A stretch of DNA of 38,677 bases. Source: a virus. This document shows, piece after piece, positions 8,872 to 17,826 of this stretch. Numbering within the stretch: the stretch's first letter is position 1; each line of letters begins with the position of its first letter. Under the pieces are notes generated by a model. It saw only the letters and a program-made list of their open reading frames with translations, made no database searches and had not been told where the DNA came from. The position numbers and the translations under genes are program-made. The DNA lies in IMG/VR virus record IMGVR_UViG_3300027419_000019. One strand, given 5' to 3'.

Positions 8872-9483
8872 TTAAGCCATCCTCACGTAGATCATCGTCG
8901 AGCGGCCATCTGCATCAGAGGCGACAGCCCACCGGCCGGCAACAGCACCACTGATCTTCCCGCACACGGCAACGTGGGTGGCACTGGCATTCGTGTAGAG
9001 CCATGAGAACTGCTTGGTGGTCGTGGTGATGTTGCCGAGCTCCGTGAGCCGCCCGCCCATCCGTTCGGAGTTCGCAACCGGTACGGCATTCCCTGCGTCG
9101 CATATCGCGTACTCCGAGAAGGTCGAGCCTGCACCTGCGATCGCGGTCGAGTTCTCGCGGATGTTTGCCTGGATCAGGTATGTTCCCGCCCGGGGCATGG
9201 TGAAGTTCAGCGACTGCGAACCGGTCACGGTTACCTGCGTCCAAGATGTCGTGAGGTTGTAGAACGGGACGGCCGTGCCATTATTCATGACAACCGTGCC
9301 GTTCGGCACAACGGTTGTGTTGCTCACCATGTCCTTCCAGTTCTGCGCAGTCAGGTTCTTGATCGCCGGGTCATTCCAGGCATATGCCGAAGCCGGCATG
9401 ATCATGGCAAGCCCGATAAGGATGACTGCAAAGAGCAGTACTGCTGTGGTTCTGCGTGTTCCGATCATAATTTCGCCATCCAT
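8872..9483 (-). CDS. Signal-peptide / N-terminal-anchor protein rich in N-glycosylation sequons, function unknown.
   Basis: The N-terminus RRTTAVLLFAVILIGLAMIMPASAYA looks like a signal sequence or anchor. I count nine N-x-S/T sequons (NLT, NTT, NGT, NGT, NLT, NFT, NST, NIT, NAS). The gene lies between the capsid and connector genes. Confidence 0.6.
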   Translation of the reverse strand: MDGEIMIGTRRTTAVLLFAVILIGLAMIMPASAYAWNDPAIKNLTAQNWKDMVSNTTVVPNGTVVMNNGTAVPFYNLTTSWTQVTVTGSQSLNFTMPRAGTYLIQANIRENSTAIAGAGSTFSEYAICDAGNAVPVANSERMGGRLTELGNITTTTKQFSWLYTNASATHVAVCGKISGAVAGRWAVASDADGRSTMIYVRMA

Positions 9484-9794
9484 GATACTGTCTGGGTCTG
9501 TCCCGCTTCGCCAAGGTTGGTCTTGATCGAGACGGTGATGTTCGTCGCGTCCACTGTACCGGTAATGATCTCGCCGGCTACTGATCCGGTGAGGATTACG
9601 ACATCGGGTGTGCCATCGAGGCCATGGGCGATCGTGCCGCCATCTGCCACGCTTTCAGATCCGCATGCAAAGCCGGTGCCAGCGATGATGCTCGCGAGCT
9701 CAGCCTGGATCAGCGCAAGCTCCGATGCAATCTTGCTGAGAAGAGATCCGCCCTGCTCGCGGAGTTCCTTTGCCGTTTTGGCTGTATATGTCAT
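9465..9794 (-). CDS. Hypothetical head-associated protein.
   Basis: 109-aa ORF with a strong AGGAGGT about 8 nt upstream of the ATG at 9794. It is the first gene after the major capsid gene. It has a helical N-terminus and a beta-rich C-terminus. Confidence 0.6.
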   Translation of the reverse strand: MTYTAKTAKELREQGGSLLSKIASELALIQAELASIIAGTGFACGSESVADGGTIAHGLDGTPDVVILTGSVAGEIITGTVDATNITVSIKTNLGEAGQTQTVSWMAKL

Positions 9795-9850
9795 AGATTG
9801 TTAACCTCCTGATTTTCGTACTGGAGAAGTCCCTCGAAAAAGAGGGGTGA

Positions 9851-10798
9851 TCAGAGGCCGTTGTCGTAGAGGTACCCGTAGGCATCCTTTACGACCACAA
9901 CCTGGTCGAACCAGAGCTGGATCACGGTGTCGTGGGTGTCGTCCTCGAAGTACTGGTGAGTGTTGAGGCCGAAGTTCGGGACCGACTTGGTGGTGGGAAC
10001 GCCATTGACGACGGTCTCGTAGCTGACTTCCATGGTGGAGAACTGCGGGTCGTTGTTGTAGAACATCGCACCTGCGGGGTGGTTGCGGTCGAGGCCGAAG
10101 ATGTCCCCGTGGGTGATGCCCTCGGAGAGTCCGTGGAGGACCGGCTTGCCCTCGATCGGGAGAACGATCGTGTCGGCGACCGGGGCGTTCAGGACCGCGT
10201 CGCGGTACTGCGGGATCTCCGATGCCGAGAGGAAGAGCTCCATCTCGCCCTCATTGGTGAGGTCCACGAACATGTCCGTCATACGGTACGGGTAACCTGT
10301 CCGCTTCATTGCGTTCTTGAAGTTGATGCAGTCCTTGATCGGGGTTGCTGTGCCAGCGGACCAGGGGGTCAGGGTTGCGCCGGCATCAGTGCCGCCCGCC
10401 CTCAGGGTTGTGTAGATCTGGGTGTTGAGGTACTCGGCAAGCCAGAAGCCTGCGTTCTGGTACCCGTCCATGATCATGTCGCGGCCCGCCGGGAGCTTGA
10501 TTGCGTCCTTGTCGAGCCGGATAGCAATGCCCTCCGTCTTTGTGATTGCGGTGGACTTGGTGATACGGGAGAACTGGACCTCGGGGAATTTGCTGGAGGG
10601 CGTGGTGATCCTGGGGGACTGTTTCTTGCCGTCACCGGATGCGCTGCCCTTCTTCCCGTAGGCGACCGGCTGGCCGCCGGTGTCCACGAACGGGATAAGG
10701 TTCATGAACTTCAGATCGGGCTCCATGACGCGGAGGATTTCCGAGAGAACGACATCCTGGAGAAGGAAGCGGTCGTTCACACCTGACATCTGCACCAT
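9851..10798 (-). CDS. Major capsid protein (HK97-fold type).
   Basis: 315-aa ORF downstream of the scaffold/protease and decoration-like genes. Size, position and composition (…GFWLAEYLNTQIYTTL…PQFSTMEVSYETVV…) fit an HK97-like MCP. Confidence 0.8.
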   Translation of the reverse strand: MVQMSGVNDRFLLQDVVLSEILRVMEPDLKFMNLIPFVDTGGQPVAYGKKGSASGDGKKQSPRITTPSSKFPEVQFSRITKSTAITKTEGIAIRLDKDAIKLPAGRDMIMDGYQNAGFWLAEYLNTQIYTTLRAGGTDAGATLTPWSAGTATPIKDCINFKNAMKRTGYPYRMTDMFVDLTNEGEMELFLSASEIPQYRDAVLNAPVADTIVLPIEGKPVLHGLSEGITHGDIFGLDRNHPAGAMFYNNDPQFSTMEVSYETVVNGVPTTKSVPNFGLNTHQYFEDDTHDTVIQLWFDQVVVVKDAYGYLYDNGL

Positions 10799-11415
10799 CA
10801 GGCAGTCACCACCGCATGGCCGCCGGTAAATCCGACGAGGATACTCACGGTTGCAGAACCGGATGCGACATAGTGGAACGAGATCAGGCCCGTGCCACCA
10901 CTGGCAACGTCATAGACCGACAGGGTTTCTGCGGATTCTGCTGCTGCGAGCGCATCGCTGGCAGACTGATCAATCTGCAGGAGCGCTGCAGTGCCGGGAA
11001 CGACGTTCGCAGTGCTTGCCCCCACGAGGGTTGCCTTGGCAACTCCCATGATGCCGAAGAACTCGACGGTTGCCACACGGTACCACTTGTTGGCAAGGAT
11101 GGTCGCCCTTGTCGAGCTGGTCGAAGTCGGGGTGACGACGAATTTCGGCTCGGTGATGATCTTACCGATGATCAACGATGCGGCTGAAAGACCGCATACG
11201 ACCGGCAGGCCACCGGTCGCTGCGTAGGTGTTCGCGGCATCGGTGTCGAGGGTCACGTACTGGTCCTTGTAGAGCGGGGTGCCGAGCGAGATCCCGGTAT
11301 CGGTGTAGCCGTCCGGCCCGAATACCTTGGAGGCTACGGTAAGCGTGCCGTCATTGATGATGCACGGCAGCTTGATGCCGCCCCCGGTATATCCTGCAAT
11401 AGTTGAAACTGCCAT
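10798..11415 (-). CDS. Head decoration / auxiliary capsid protein-like.
   Basis: 205-aa Gly/Ala/Thr-rich beta protein between the scaffold/protease and MCP genes, the position of lambda D. GAGGT lies upstream of the ATG at 11415. Confidence 0.45.
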   Translation of the reverse strand: MAVSTIAGYTGGGIKLPCIINDGTLTVASKVFGPDGYTDTGISLGTPLYKDQYVTLDTDAANTYAATGGLPVVCGLSAASLIIGKIITEPKFVVTPTSTSSTRATILANKWYRVATVEFFGIMGVAKATLVGASTANVVPGTAALLQIDQSASDALAAAESAETLSVYDVASGGTGLISFHYVASGSATVSILVGFTGGHAVVTA

Positions 11416-11421
11416 TTCTGG

Positions 11422-12972
11422 TTACCTCCCCATCCTACCGGTGGAGCTCCGGAGTTCGCGGATCGTTGCGAGCGTTGCGGCCTTCTTCGTGGCTGCGTCA
11501 TCGCCATCGGTGCCACTCGGCCCCTGGGTGTGGACCTGCCCCTCGGGTTTGGTGCCGGCCGGCCGGTTCGCCATGATCTTCGCGTTGAATGCGAGCGGGT
11601 CCTCCTTGCAGAGTTTGCGGAGGTTGGCCTCGTCGGCCGGGTCCTTCACGAGCCCTGGCGGGATGGCGGTCTTCTTCAGCTGGTCCCAGTCGGCGTCTTC
11701 CTTCTGGAGTCTGATCTTCTCCTGCTCAGCTTTGAGGTCGTCCCGCTCCTTCTGGAGCTTGGCGATCTCGAGATCCTTTGCCGTGGCAAGATCGTCCTTC
11801 TCCTTTTGGAGCTTCGCGATCTCGGGGCTCGGGGTTTCGGTTTTGGATGCGGTTTCAGTTCCCATTTTGTTCCTCTTCACAATGTTTTCCAGGTCCTCGG
11901 CAGTCATGTTGGTGATGACCGTCCCGGCCTTCTTCACCACATATGCCTGCTCGACCTCTTCCGGCTGCCCGAACGACACGGTCCCATCCTCTGCGATGGA
12001 GTAGGGGGTCGCATAATACTGCGCCGTGTCCGGGTGTTGCCAGATTACCTGATCCTGCAGGGTCATCACGGTCCATACGTTCCGTGCGGTCCCGTCCGGA
12101 TACCTCAGGCCAACTGTCTCAGACAGTGCACGCCGGACGTTTTCGATCTGGCTTTCGAGGGACTCGCCGTCCGGCGTGTTCATTGTCCCCTGGCCGACAA
12201 CTGCCACTTCCTGGTTGGTCTTCACTGCAATAGGCCATGCCTTACGCAGCACTTTTCCGATATCGTCGAGGGTGGTCTGGATTGCTGCAGCGCCATCCCC
12301 GGCTGCATTCGCTACTCCATCAGTCACATTCTCAGTCTCCATGTTGAGGATCACGGCGCCAGGATCCAGGGGTCGATCAGTAAGGGTCTCTTCGAAATCG
12401 AGCACGTGGTTTGGCAGCACGAGACCGACGAGCTTATCGCCATCATCCGGGCAGATCATCCCTGTTGAGTGGCTGAGTTTGCCCTCTTCCATGAGGGCCA
12501 TGGCGGTCTTGAGTGCGGCCTTTGACCGGTCGAGCGTTTCCTGCGAGATGAAGCCCTGTTTGAACAGGCGCTTTGCGGTGTCGATCGAGTATACCTTCTT
12601 TGCCATGAGCTTTGCATGGCCGGAAGTCTCGACCTGCGTGTCTGCAAGTTCCCCGATGATCGCGCCGCCGTTCTCTGACAGCGGGGCGATCCGGTTGAGC
12701 TCGGCCTCGATACCCTCTCTGACAAAGAAGCGCGGGTCCACGTGGGCCTTACCGAACACGATCGGAAGTGTGTTCCACATATTGACGGTCGGAAGGAACG
12801 GCTCCTTGTTGAAGAGGATGTTCCGCTTGCCGATCCTGCGATCGAGATACTGGAGAATAGCGTCGTGAGATTCGGCCGCCGCCTCCTTGTTCACGCGGCA
12901 AGCCGGGCAATAATGGATGTGCGCCCCAGCAGAAGAGAGCGTGCCTTTCGCTGGCATTGGTGCTGCGGGCAT
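11422..12972 (-). CDS. Prohead protease / scaffolding fusion-like protein.
   Basis: 516 aa. The C-terminal third is a charged coiled coil with an internal repeat (EIAKLQKEKDDL…EIAKLQKERDDL), typical of scaffolds. The N-terminal globular part recalls DUF2213-type prohead proteases. It is the first gene of the capsid operon. Confidence 0.55.
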   Translation of the reverse strand: MPAAPMPAKGTLSSAGAHIHYCPACRVNKEAAAESHDAILQYLDRRIGKRNILFNKEPFLPTVNMWNTLPIVFGKAHVDPRFFVREGIEAELNRIAPLSENGGAIIGELADTQVETSGHAKLMAKKVYSIDTAKRLFKQGFISQETLDRSKAALKTAMALMEEGKLSHSTGMICPDDGDKLVGLVLPNHVLDFEETLTDRPLDPGAVILNMETENVTDGVANAAGDGAAAIQTTLDDIGKVLRKAWPIAVKTNQEVAVVGQGTMNTPDGESLESQIENVRRALSETVGLRYPDGTARNVWTVMTLQDQVIWQHPDTAQYYATPYSIAEDGTVSFGQPEEVEQAYVVKKAGTVITNMTAEDLENIVKRNKMGTETASKTETPSPEIAKLQKEKDDLATAKDLEIAKLQKERDDLKAEQEKIRLQKEDADWDQLKKTAIPPGLVKDPADEANLRKLCKEDPLAFNAKIMANRPAGTKPEGQVHTQGPSGTDGDDAATKKAATLATIRELRSSTGRMGR

Positions 12973-13059
12973 AGTACTATTGGAGCGCTATGCCCATATC
13001 CCTACACCGCACGTAAGGGAGGGCAAAAACCATATACGGGGTATACGCAATATATTATC

Positions 13060-13206
13060 ATGGCTGCTGAAGGTGTTTCGAGCATCCGCGTGAAGGCTGA
13101 TACGAAGGACCTGCTCAACGAGGAGCGCAATGGGCGGGAGACTGACGATAAGCTGCTCCAGCGCCTGATCAAAGAGGTGCGCGAGTACCGGAGGCGGTGC
13201 GGGTGA
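13060..13206 (+). CDS. Ribbon-helix-helix (CopG/Arc-like) small DNA-binding protein.
   Basis: Internal ATG at 13060 of track ORF 12742..13206 gives a 48-aa protein: MAAEGVSSIRVKADTKDLLNEERNGRETDDKLLQRLIKEVREYRRRCG. This has a beta-strand then two helices. It is the first gene of a plus-strand cassette. Confidence 0.55.
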   Translation: MAAEGVSSIRVKADTKDLLNEERNGRETDDKLLQRLIKEVREYRRRCG

Positions 13207-13490
13207 GCGGGGATCCTGACGTAATTGTCGAATATAACGAAGGGCTTGACCCGGTGGTGACCCGCAAAGCGCGGGACGAGGGTGAGATCCCGAAGAGTGC
13301 GTTTAAGCCCACGTTTTACCTGAAGGTCACTAACCCCGCGGGGGATGATATCGAATGGGCAAGAAAAGTCCTCAACCATATCGGGCGCCCGGATGCTGAA
13401 GAATTCAAGCCTAGACCCAATATGAAACTTGTTGAGACAGATGATAGTATTCTCCAGAGGGTGCAGCACGCTACAGAGTTGGGGAGGTAA
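13197..13490 (+). CDS. Hypothetical protein (partner of the RHH gene).
   Basis: 97-aa ORF with a GTG start that overlaps the RHH gene end by 10 nt. I recognised no family. Confidence 0.5.
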   Translation: MRVSGDPDVIVEYNEGLDPVVTRKARDEGEIPKSAFKPTFYLKVTNPAGDDIEWARKVLNHIGRPDAEEFKPRPNMKLVETDDSILQRVQHATELGR

Positions 13491-13494
13491 GTGA

Positions 13495-13692
13495 GTGACG
13501 GCTGAAATTGATGAGGGTAATGAAATAACAATTATCGAAAACACGGCAGAAGCATTAGAGGAATATGGAACCAGATATGGTGTTGATTATATAATTATTT
13601 CAGATAAACATATCGCCGCCTTAAAAGCTGGCAAACTTCTTGCATCAAACAACGGGGAGTACGTTCAACTCGTAGAGTACCAAAAAGATTAA
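13495..13692 (+). CDS. Hypothetical acidic mini-protein in a locally AT-rich segment.
   Basis: 65-aa ORF starting 4 nt after the previous stop. The local sequence is visibly more AT-rich than the flanks (…gaaataacaattatcgaaaacacggcagaagcattagagg…). Confidence 0.5.
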   Translation: MTAEIDEGNEITIIENTAEALEEYGTRYGVDYIIISDKHIAALKAGKLLASNNGEYVQLVEYQKD

Positions 13693-13994
13693 CCCGTCGT
13701 CTTCACCCGCTGCAAAATAGCTCGCAGCGCGATGAACTGGAGCTGGTCCTGCGAGATCCCTTTTTCCCGTGCTTTCCTGATAATTGATATCGGGATCTCC
13801 ATCTTCAGCACGGTGGCTGTCCTCTTCTTCTCGCGATATAGGAACACCTCGACTGTGTTCCGCCTGCGCTGCCCGTGGTTGTGCCGGGTGAACTGCGGGT
13901 CGGTATTCAGCGCGTGGGTGATGGCGCCCGGGCCGTCTTCGGTATGCCTGAGTATGTACTCCTTCTCCTCTGCATGAAGCGAGGGGCCGGACAT
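13689..13994 (-). CDS. Hypothetical protein (last gene of the packaging/portal operon).
   Basis: 101-aa ORF starting 3 nt after the stop of the head-morphogenesis gene. The basic C-terminus (IPISIIRKAREKGISQDQLQFIALRAILQ) may bind DNA. Confidence 0.55.
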   Translation of the reverse strand: MSGPSLHAEEKEYILRHTEDGPGAITHALNTDPQFTRHNHGQRRRNTVEVFLYREKKRTATVLKMEIPISIIRKAREKGISQDQLQFIALRAILQRVKTTG

Positions 13995-13997
13995 ATC

Positions 13998-14840
13998 CTA
14001 CTCGTCCCCTCCCTTTGCCTGCCGGTACGACTCCCAGCACCGGCAGCCCGGGAACCGTGGGGGGTTCTGGTGTCCGCTGCTGTGCGGTTGGTCAATAGGG
14101 ATCCAGCCATCCGCGGTATTCTCCAGACAGCCGTCGCTTACTTTACCGTCCCCGCTGTTCTCCCAGCGCTTCTCCATATTGGTACCCTCATCGTTCAACG
14201 TGTCTGCAAAACCACGATTGCCCGCCTCGTAGCTCTGAGCTGCTTCGTGCGTGGCGATGAGCCGGGCGCGGTCCCGGCTGATGGGGCCGTCGAAAAGCCG
14301 CTGGATCTCCTTCGCAGTCACATCATACGACTTGCCCTCCTCCAGAGCTTTGACGATCGCGAACTGGAGCTGGTCCCTCGTCGTAATCTGGATGTCTTTG
14401 ATGTAGCCGAGGCTGCCGCCAGTCTTCCGGAAAAATTCCACAGCCCGAGGATTGGAGAGATCCCAGAACTTCCCACCCGGGTTGATAAGGTCCTGCAACA
14501 AGTCCCCGCCGGCCTGCATCCCGTCTTCCTCTATCTTGAGAATAAGATCCTGCAGGTCCGGAGTGGTGCTCTTCTCAATCGATCCCCATGCTTTCCCGAA
14601 CTGGTCGAGCGCGGCTTGCTGCACATTTGGCGCGGCCTTGTTGGTCTTCGCGATAGTTTCCCCTTCCAGGTATGGTTTCAGCCCGTCAAGGGCCTCCAGC
14701 ACCCGTTCCCTCTGCTGTTTGAAGAACTCCCGAAGTGCCGGGAGATGTTTACGGGCGATATGATTCTTCTCACGGATCTTTTGCAAGCCTATGGCTGCGA
14801 GCCGGACTCTCTTTGCAGCGGTGGGAGTTCCTGAAGGCAT
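13998..14840 (-). CDS. Head morphogenesis protein (SPP1 gp7 / Mu F-like minor head protein).
   Basis: …ISRDRARLIATHEAAQSYEAGNRGF…RWENSGDGKVSDGC…PPRFPGCRCW… matches the conserved core of the SPP1 gp7 family. It lies directly after the portal gene. Confidence 0.85.
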   Translation of the reverse strand: MPSGTPTAAKRVRLAAIGLQKIREKNHIARKHLPALREFFKQQRERVLEALDGLKPYLEGETIAKTNKAAPNVQQAALDQFGKAWGSIEKSTTPDLQDLILKIEEDGMQAGGDLLQDLINPGGKFWDLSNPRAVEFFRKTGGSLGYIKDIQITTRDQLQFAIVKALEEGKSYDVTAKEIQRLFDGPISRDRARLIATHEAAQSYEAGNRGFADTLNDEGTNMEKRWENSGDGKVSDGCLENTADGWIPIDQPHSSGHQNPPRFPGCRCWESYRQAKGGDE

Positions 14841-14846
14841 TGCTGA

Positions 14847-16313
14847 TTATACCCTCTCTTTCTTCTTCTCGGCTGCGAGGTCCTCGGTTGCGTTCGCCAG
14901 TTTCAGCAGGGCACGGCGCTCCTGGTCCCGCCCGAGGTCCTCCTCCGGCTCTCCCTCCTCGATACCGAGCGTTGCCTGGAGGAACGACCGGGCCCCGCTC
15001 TTGTTGGTGATGCCCGCGGCCGCGGCCTTGGTGACGATCTCCGCTTTCTGGAGCTGGGCGCCGAAAGCGTTCTGATTCGCGGCTGCGTTGCGTTCCCTGA
15101 GGGCAGCGAGTTCCGCGCCATCGAGCGGTTTAAGGATGCTTGCGACCCGCGGGCCTCCCGCCTCTGACAGCAGGGCCCGGTGCTCGTTCTCCCCGATCGA
15201 GAAGCCCTTACCCTCTGTTGCGATCTTGATGATGTCGGCCGACCGGTCGATCTCGGGTGAGACCATCTTGACAATGATCTGATATCCCTTCTCCTCGTAG
15301 CCATTATAGATGAGCCACGGTTTGAGGAGCATATAAGTGTCCCATTCGATCCACCGCTGCTGCCCGCGGATTGATGAGATATACTTCCGGAGCTCGGCGG
15401 TGTTCGTGCCCCCTACGAGTTGCCCGCCATCCTTGCCGAGATCGGACCGGATGAAGAACCTGCGGAGCTGGCTGCCGATCTCGGTGATGGTTTCGAGTGC
15501 CGAGCCGTCCCCGGAGATCCCGAGGTTCACGACACTCATGTTCTCCCGGAGCGGGAAGCGCTTGGTGCTGCTGGTGTTCTGGAGCAGCTTCTTCGCGTAT
15601 GCGACATCATCACCCTGCGCCTGATCGACCTTGATAGACCAGATCCCGCCATCGCCCCACTGGTTGACCTTCGCCATCTGTCGCTGCCAGGAGTAATTCA
15701 GCATCTTGATGTACGGGAAGATCGGCATGATGAACGGCGTTCCCCCGAGCTCGGAGGAGAGTGGGTCGATGGTCATGTGGACGTTGGTGAGCTGGGACAC
15801 CTGCCCGTTCCGCTGGGTCTGCCAGAACTCTATCTCCCCGGTCTTCTCATTCACGCAGATCCCGGGCAGCAGGCGATTATACACCAGCGTTGAGGACTTG
15901 CCCTTCTTCGCGAACGAGTCCGGGGGCAGCCGGTTCAGCTTCATCAGCCGGTACTCAGGACCTTCATAGTCCCATACTGGATTTGTGAGGGCCGGACCCC
16001 ATGCCTTGACATCCCGCCATCGTTTCTGCGTGCTGAAGTTCAGGGCAACGTCCCGGTTGGTGATCACCATATCGTTGAGCGCAGAGGTGAGATCGGAATC
16101 CTCCTCTTTGTTTTTATCCACGACAGTGATCTGGATATCGTCCTGGAAGATGACGGTCTGCATGTCATCCAGACCCTCGACCACATACTTGTTTTCGAGG
16201 ATCTTCTGGTTCTCGGTTGCGTTATACTTCGGTGCCTTGAACGTCTGCCCGTCGCTGCGGACGTAGGTCGTTCCTTCTTCTTTTGCCGGTTCTCCTTTCT
16301 TTGCTGCTGCCAT
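14847..16313 (-). CDS. Portal protein.
   Basis: 488-aa ORF between TerL and the gp7-like gene. Size and position are canonical and the C-terminal tail is acidic. Confidence 0.75.
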   Translation of the reverse strand: MAAAKKGEPAKEEGTTYVRSDGQTFKAPKYNATENQKILENKYVVEGLDDMQTVIFQDDIQITVVDKNKEEDSDLTSALNDMVITNRDVALNFSTQKRWRDVKAWGPALTNPVWDYEGPEYRLMKLNRLPPDSFAKKGKSSTLVYNRLLPGICVNEKTGEIEFWQTQRNGQVSQLTNVHMTIDPLSSELGGTPFIMPIFPYIKMLNYSWQRQMAKVNQWGDGGIWSIKVDQAQGDDVAYAKKLLQNTSSTKRFPLRENMSVVNLGISGDGSALETITEIGSQLRRFFIRSDLGKDGGQLVGGTNTAELRKYISSIRGQQRWIEWDTYMLLKPWLIYNGYEEKGYQIIVKMVSPEIDRSADIIKIATEGKGFSIGENEHRALLSEAGGPRVASILKPLDGAELAALRERNAAANQNAFGAQLQKAEIVTKAAAAGITNKSGARSFLQATLGIEEGEPEEDLGRDQERRALLKLANATEDLAAEKKKERV

Positions 16314-16317
16314 GATA

Positions 16318-17826
16318 TTACCCGAATAAGTCTCCTAACTCGTCCTCGTATCCGATGCCGCTGTCCTCGTCAAACGAGTCATTGGAGCCCGCCGCGGTGA
16401 TGTCGTCGGATTTGAATTCGTTGGCCAGATTGCGGAACTGTTCCCCGAGCGTCAGGTCATAGTGGGCTCCGCTCAACGTATCCACCCCGTCATCATGATC
16501 GCCATTCGGGAACATCGTCACTTCATCCAGGAAGGCACTGTTCCAGTCTCCCCGAACGATGAATACATTCCCCGCCTCAGCCGCAGCTGAGACCGGCTGG
16601 GCGCGGACCTCTTTTGAGCCCGTTGAGGGGACACCTTTGAATGCGAATCCCTTGAGGATGTGGCGAGCATAATGATCGATCGTATTGAGCCCCGAGCTTC
16701 CCGGCTCCTGCTCCATCCTTATGAGGACCTGCGGGCCGTCCTCCATGGCTTTTTGTCTTACGAGTTTCTCGACGCCGGCGGGATTCTCCTGGACTCGGGC
16801 CCAATGGATGATCCAGAACTGACCGTTTAATGTCCCGTACCTCAGGCCAGATGTCCAGTCCCCTTTCCGTTGTGAGGCCGCGAGATCCCAGCGCCGGACC
16901 TGCCGGCAGTTTGCGGGGAAACTGTCGACGATCTTAAACCAGTGGCGTTTGAACATACCTCCTTCCTGGGGCACCGGGTGCTGCTGATAAAGAGCGGCCC
17001 AATAATACGATCCTGCTGTCCTCTTGATGCGGGCGAGGTCAGACACTCCAAACCGTGCGGGCCAGAGCGGATCGCCCGGTTTCCTCCCGATAATATCGTC
17101 AGTCTCGGCGACTGCGGGAAGATTGATCACGTCCCAGACTTCTCCATTGTTCTCCATATCGGTGAGAATCTTGCCGGCAAGGTCGCCCTGGTTCCACCGC
17201 GTCATAATCAAGATGAGGGCGCCGCTTGGTTCCAGACGAGTGTAGAGGGTTGATTGGTACCACTCCCAAGCTTTCTCCCGATAGGTCCTGCTCGACGCCT
17301 GCTCTGCGTTCTTGACCGGGTCGTCGATAATAATAAGGTGCCCTCCTTTCCCGGTGATCGGGCCCATGACGCCGGCTGTTGTCATGCCGCCTGTGTGGCC
17401 TTTGATATCCCAGCGGCTTGCCGCGGATGAGTCGGGCAATACTTCAATCGCCTCGATGAAAGCGAGTTTGCCGTGCTCCTCGACTATCTCACGGGCCCGC
17501 CTGCCCCACTGTGCCGCGAAGTCTGCTTCGTAGCTGGTGAGGATGACTCTGCGATCCGGAAACGTCCCGAGATACCAGGCGGTGAAGTATTTGCTGATGA
17601 ACTCGCTTTTGCCGTGACGCGGGGGCATGAAAACCATCAGCCGCGTGCACTTGCCGGCTGCTACGTCCAGCAGCTTATCATTCAGCAGCTCAAGGTGTCG
17701 CGGGCAGGTCCACCGGCCCCCGCTGACACTATGAGCGAGCATCCGCGGGCTTGGCGGAAAGGGTGTTAAAGACCTTTCTTTCGTACTCACGGTATCCCTC
17801 CGTTCCCAGAATCTTCTCGATATCAA
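16318..17826 (-). CDS. terL: Terminase large subunit. The true start is possibly at 17742.
   Basis: Walker A-like MVFMPPRHGKSEF, Walker B LIIIDDPVK, and C-terminal nuclease acidic motifs (…MFPNGDHDDGVDTLSGA…). MLAHSV… at 17742 is the alternative start. Confidence 0.9.
   Translation of the reverse strand: MISRRFWERRDTVSTKERSLTPFPPSPRMLAHSVSGGRWTCPRHLELLNDKLLDVAAGKCTRLMVFMPPRHGKSEFISKYFTAWYLGTFPDRRVILTSYEADFAAQWGRRAREIVEEHGKLAFIEAIEVLPDSSAASRWDIKGHTGGMTTAGVMGPITGKGGHLIIIDDPVKNAEQASSRTYREKAWEWYQSTLYTRLEPSGALILIMTRWNQGDLAGKILTDMENNGEVWDVINLPAVAETDDIIGRKPGDPLWPARFGVSDLARIKRTAGSYYWAALYQQHPVPQEGGMFKRHWFKIVDSFPANCRQVRRWDLAASQRKGDWTSGLRYGTLNGQFWIIHWARVQENPAGVEKLVRQKAMEDGPQVLIRMEQEPGSSGLNTIDHYARHILKGFAFKGVPSTGSKEVRAQPVSAAAEAGNVFIVRGDWNSAFLDEVTMFPNGDHDDGVDTLSGAHYDLTLGEQFRNLANEFKSDDITAAGSNDSFDEDSGIGYEDELGDLFG

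Noticed and set aside
9932-10786. Long plus-strand ORFs antisense to clear structural and replication genes. Examples are 9932-10786, 11327-12004, 11530-12468, 12176-12868, 13875-14834, 23917-24549, 25487-26305 and 28549-29340.
   Set aside because: Their products are Arg/Gly/Pro/Leu/Val-biased low-complexity translations lying fully inside well-supported minus-strand genes. This is the usual antisense open-frame artefact of GC-rich DNA.
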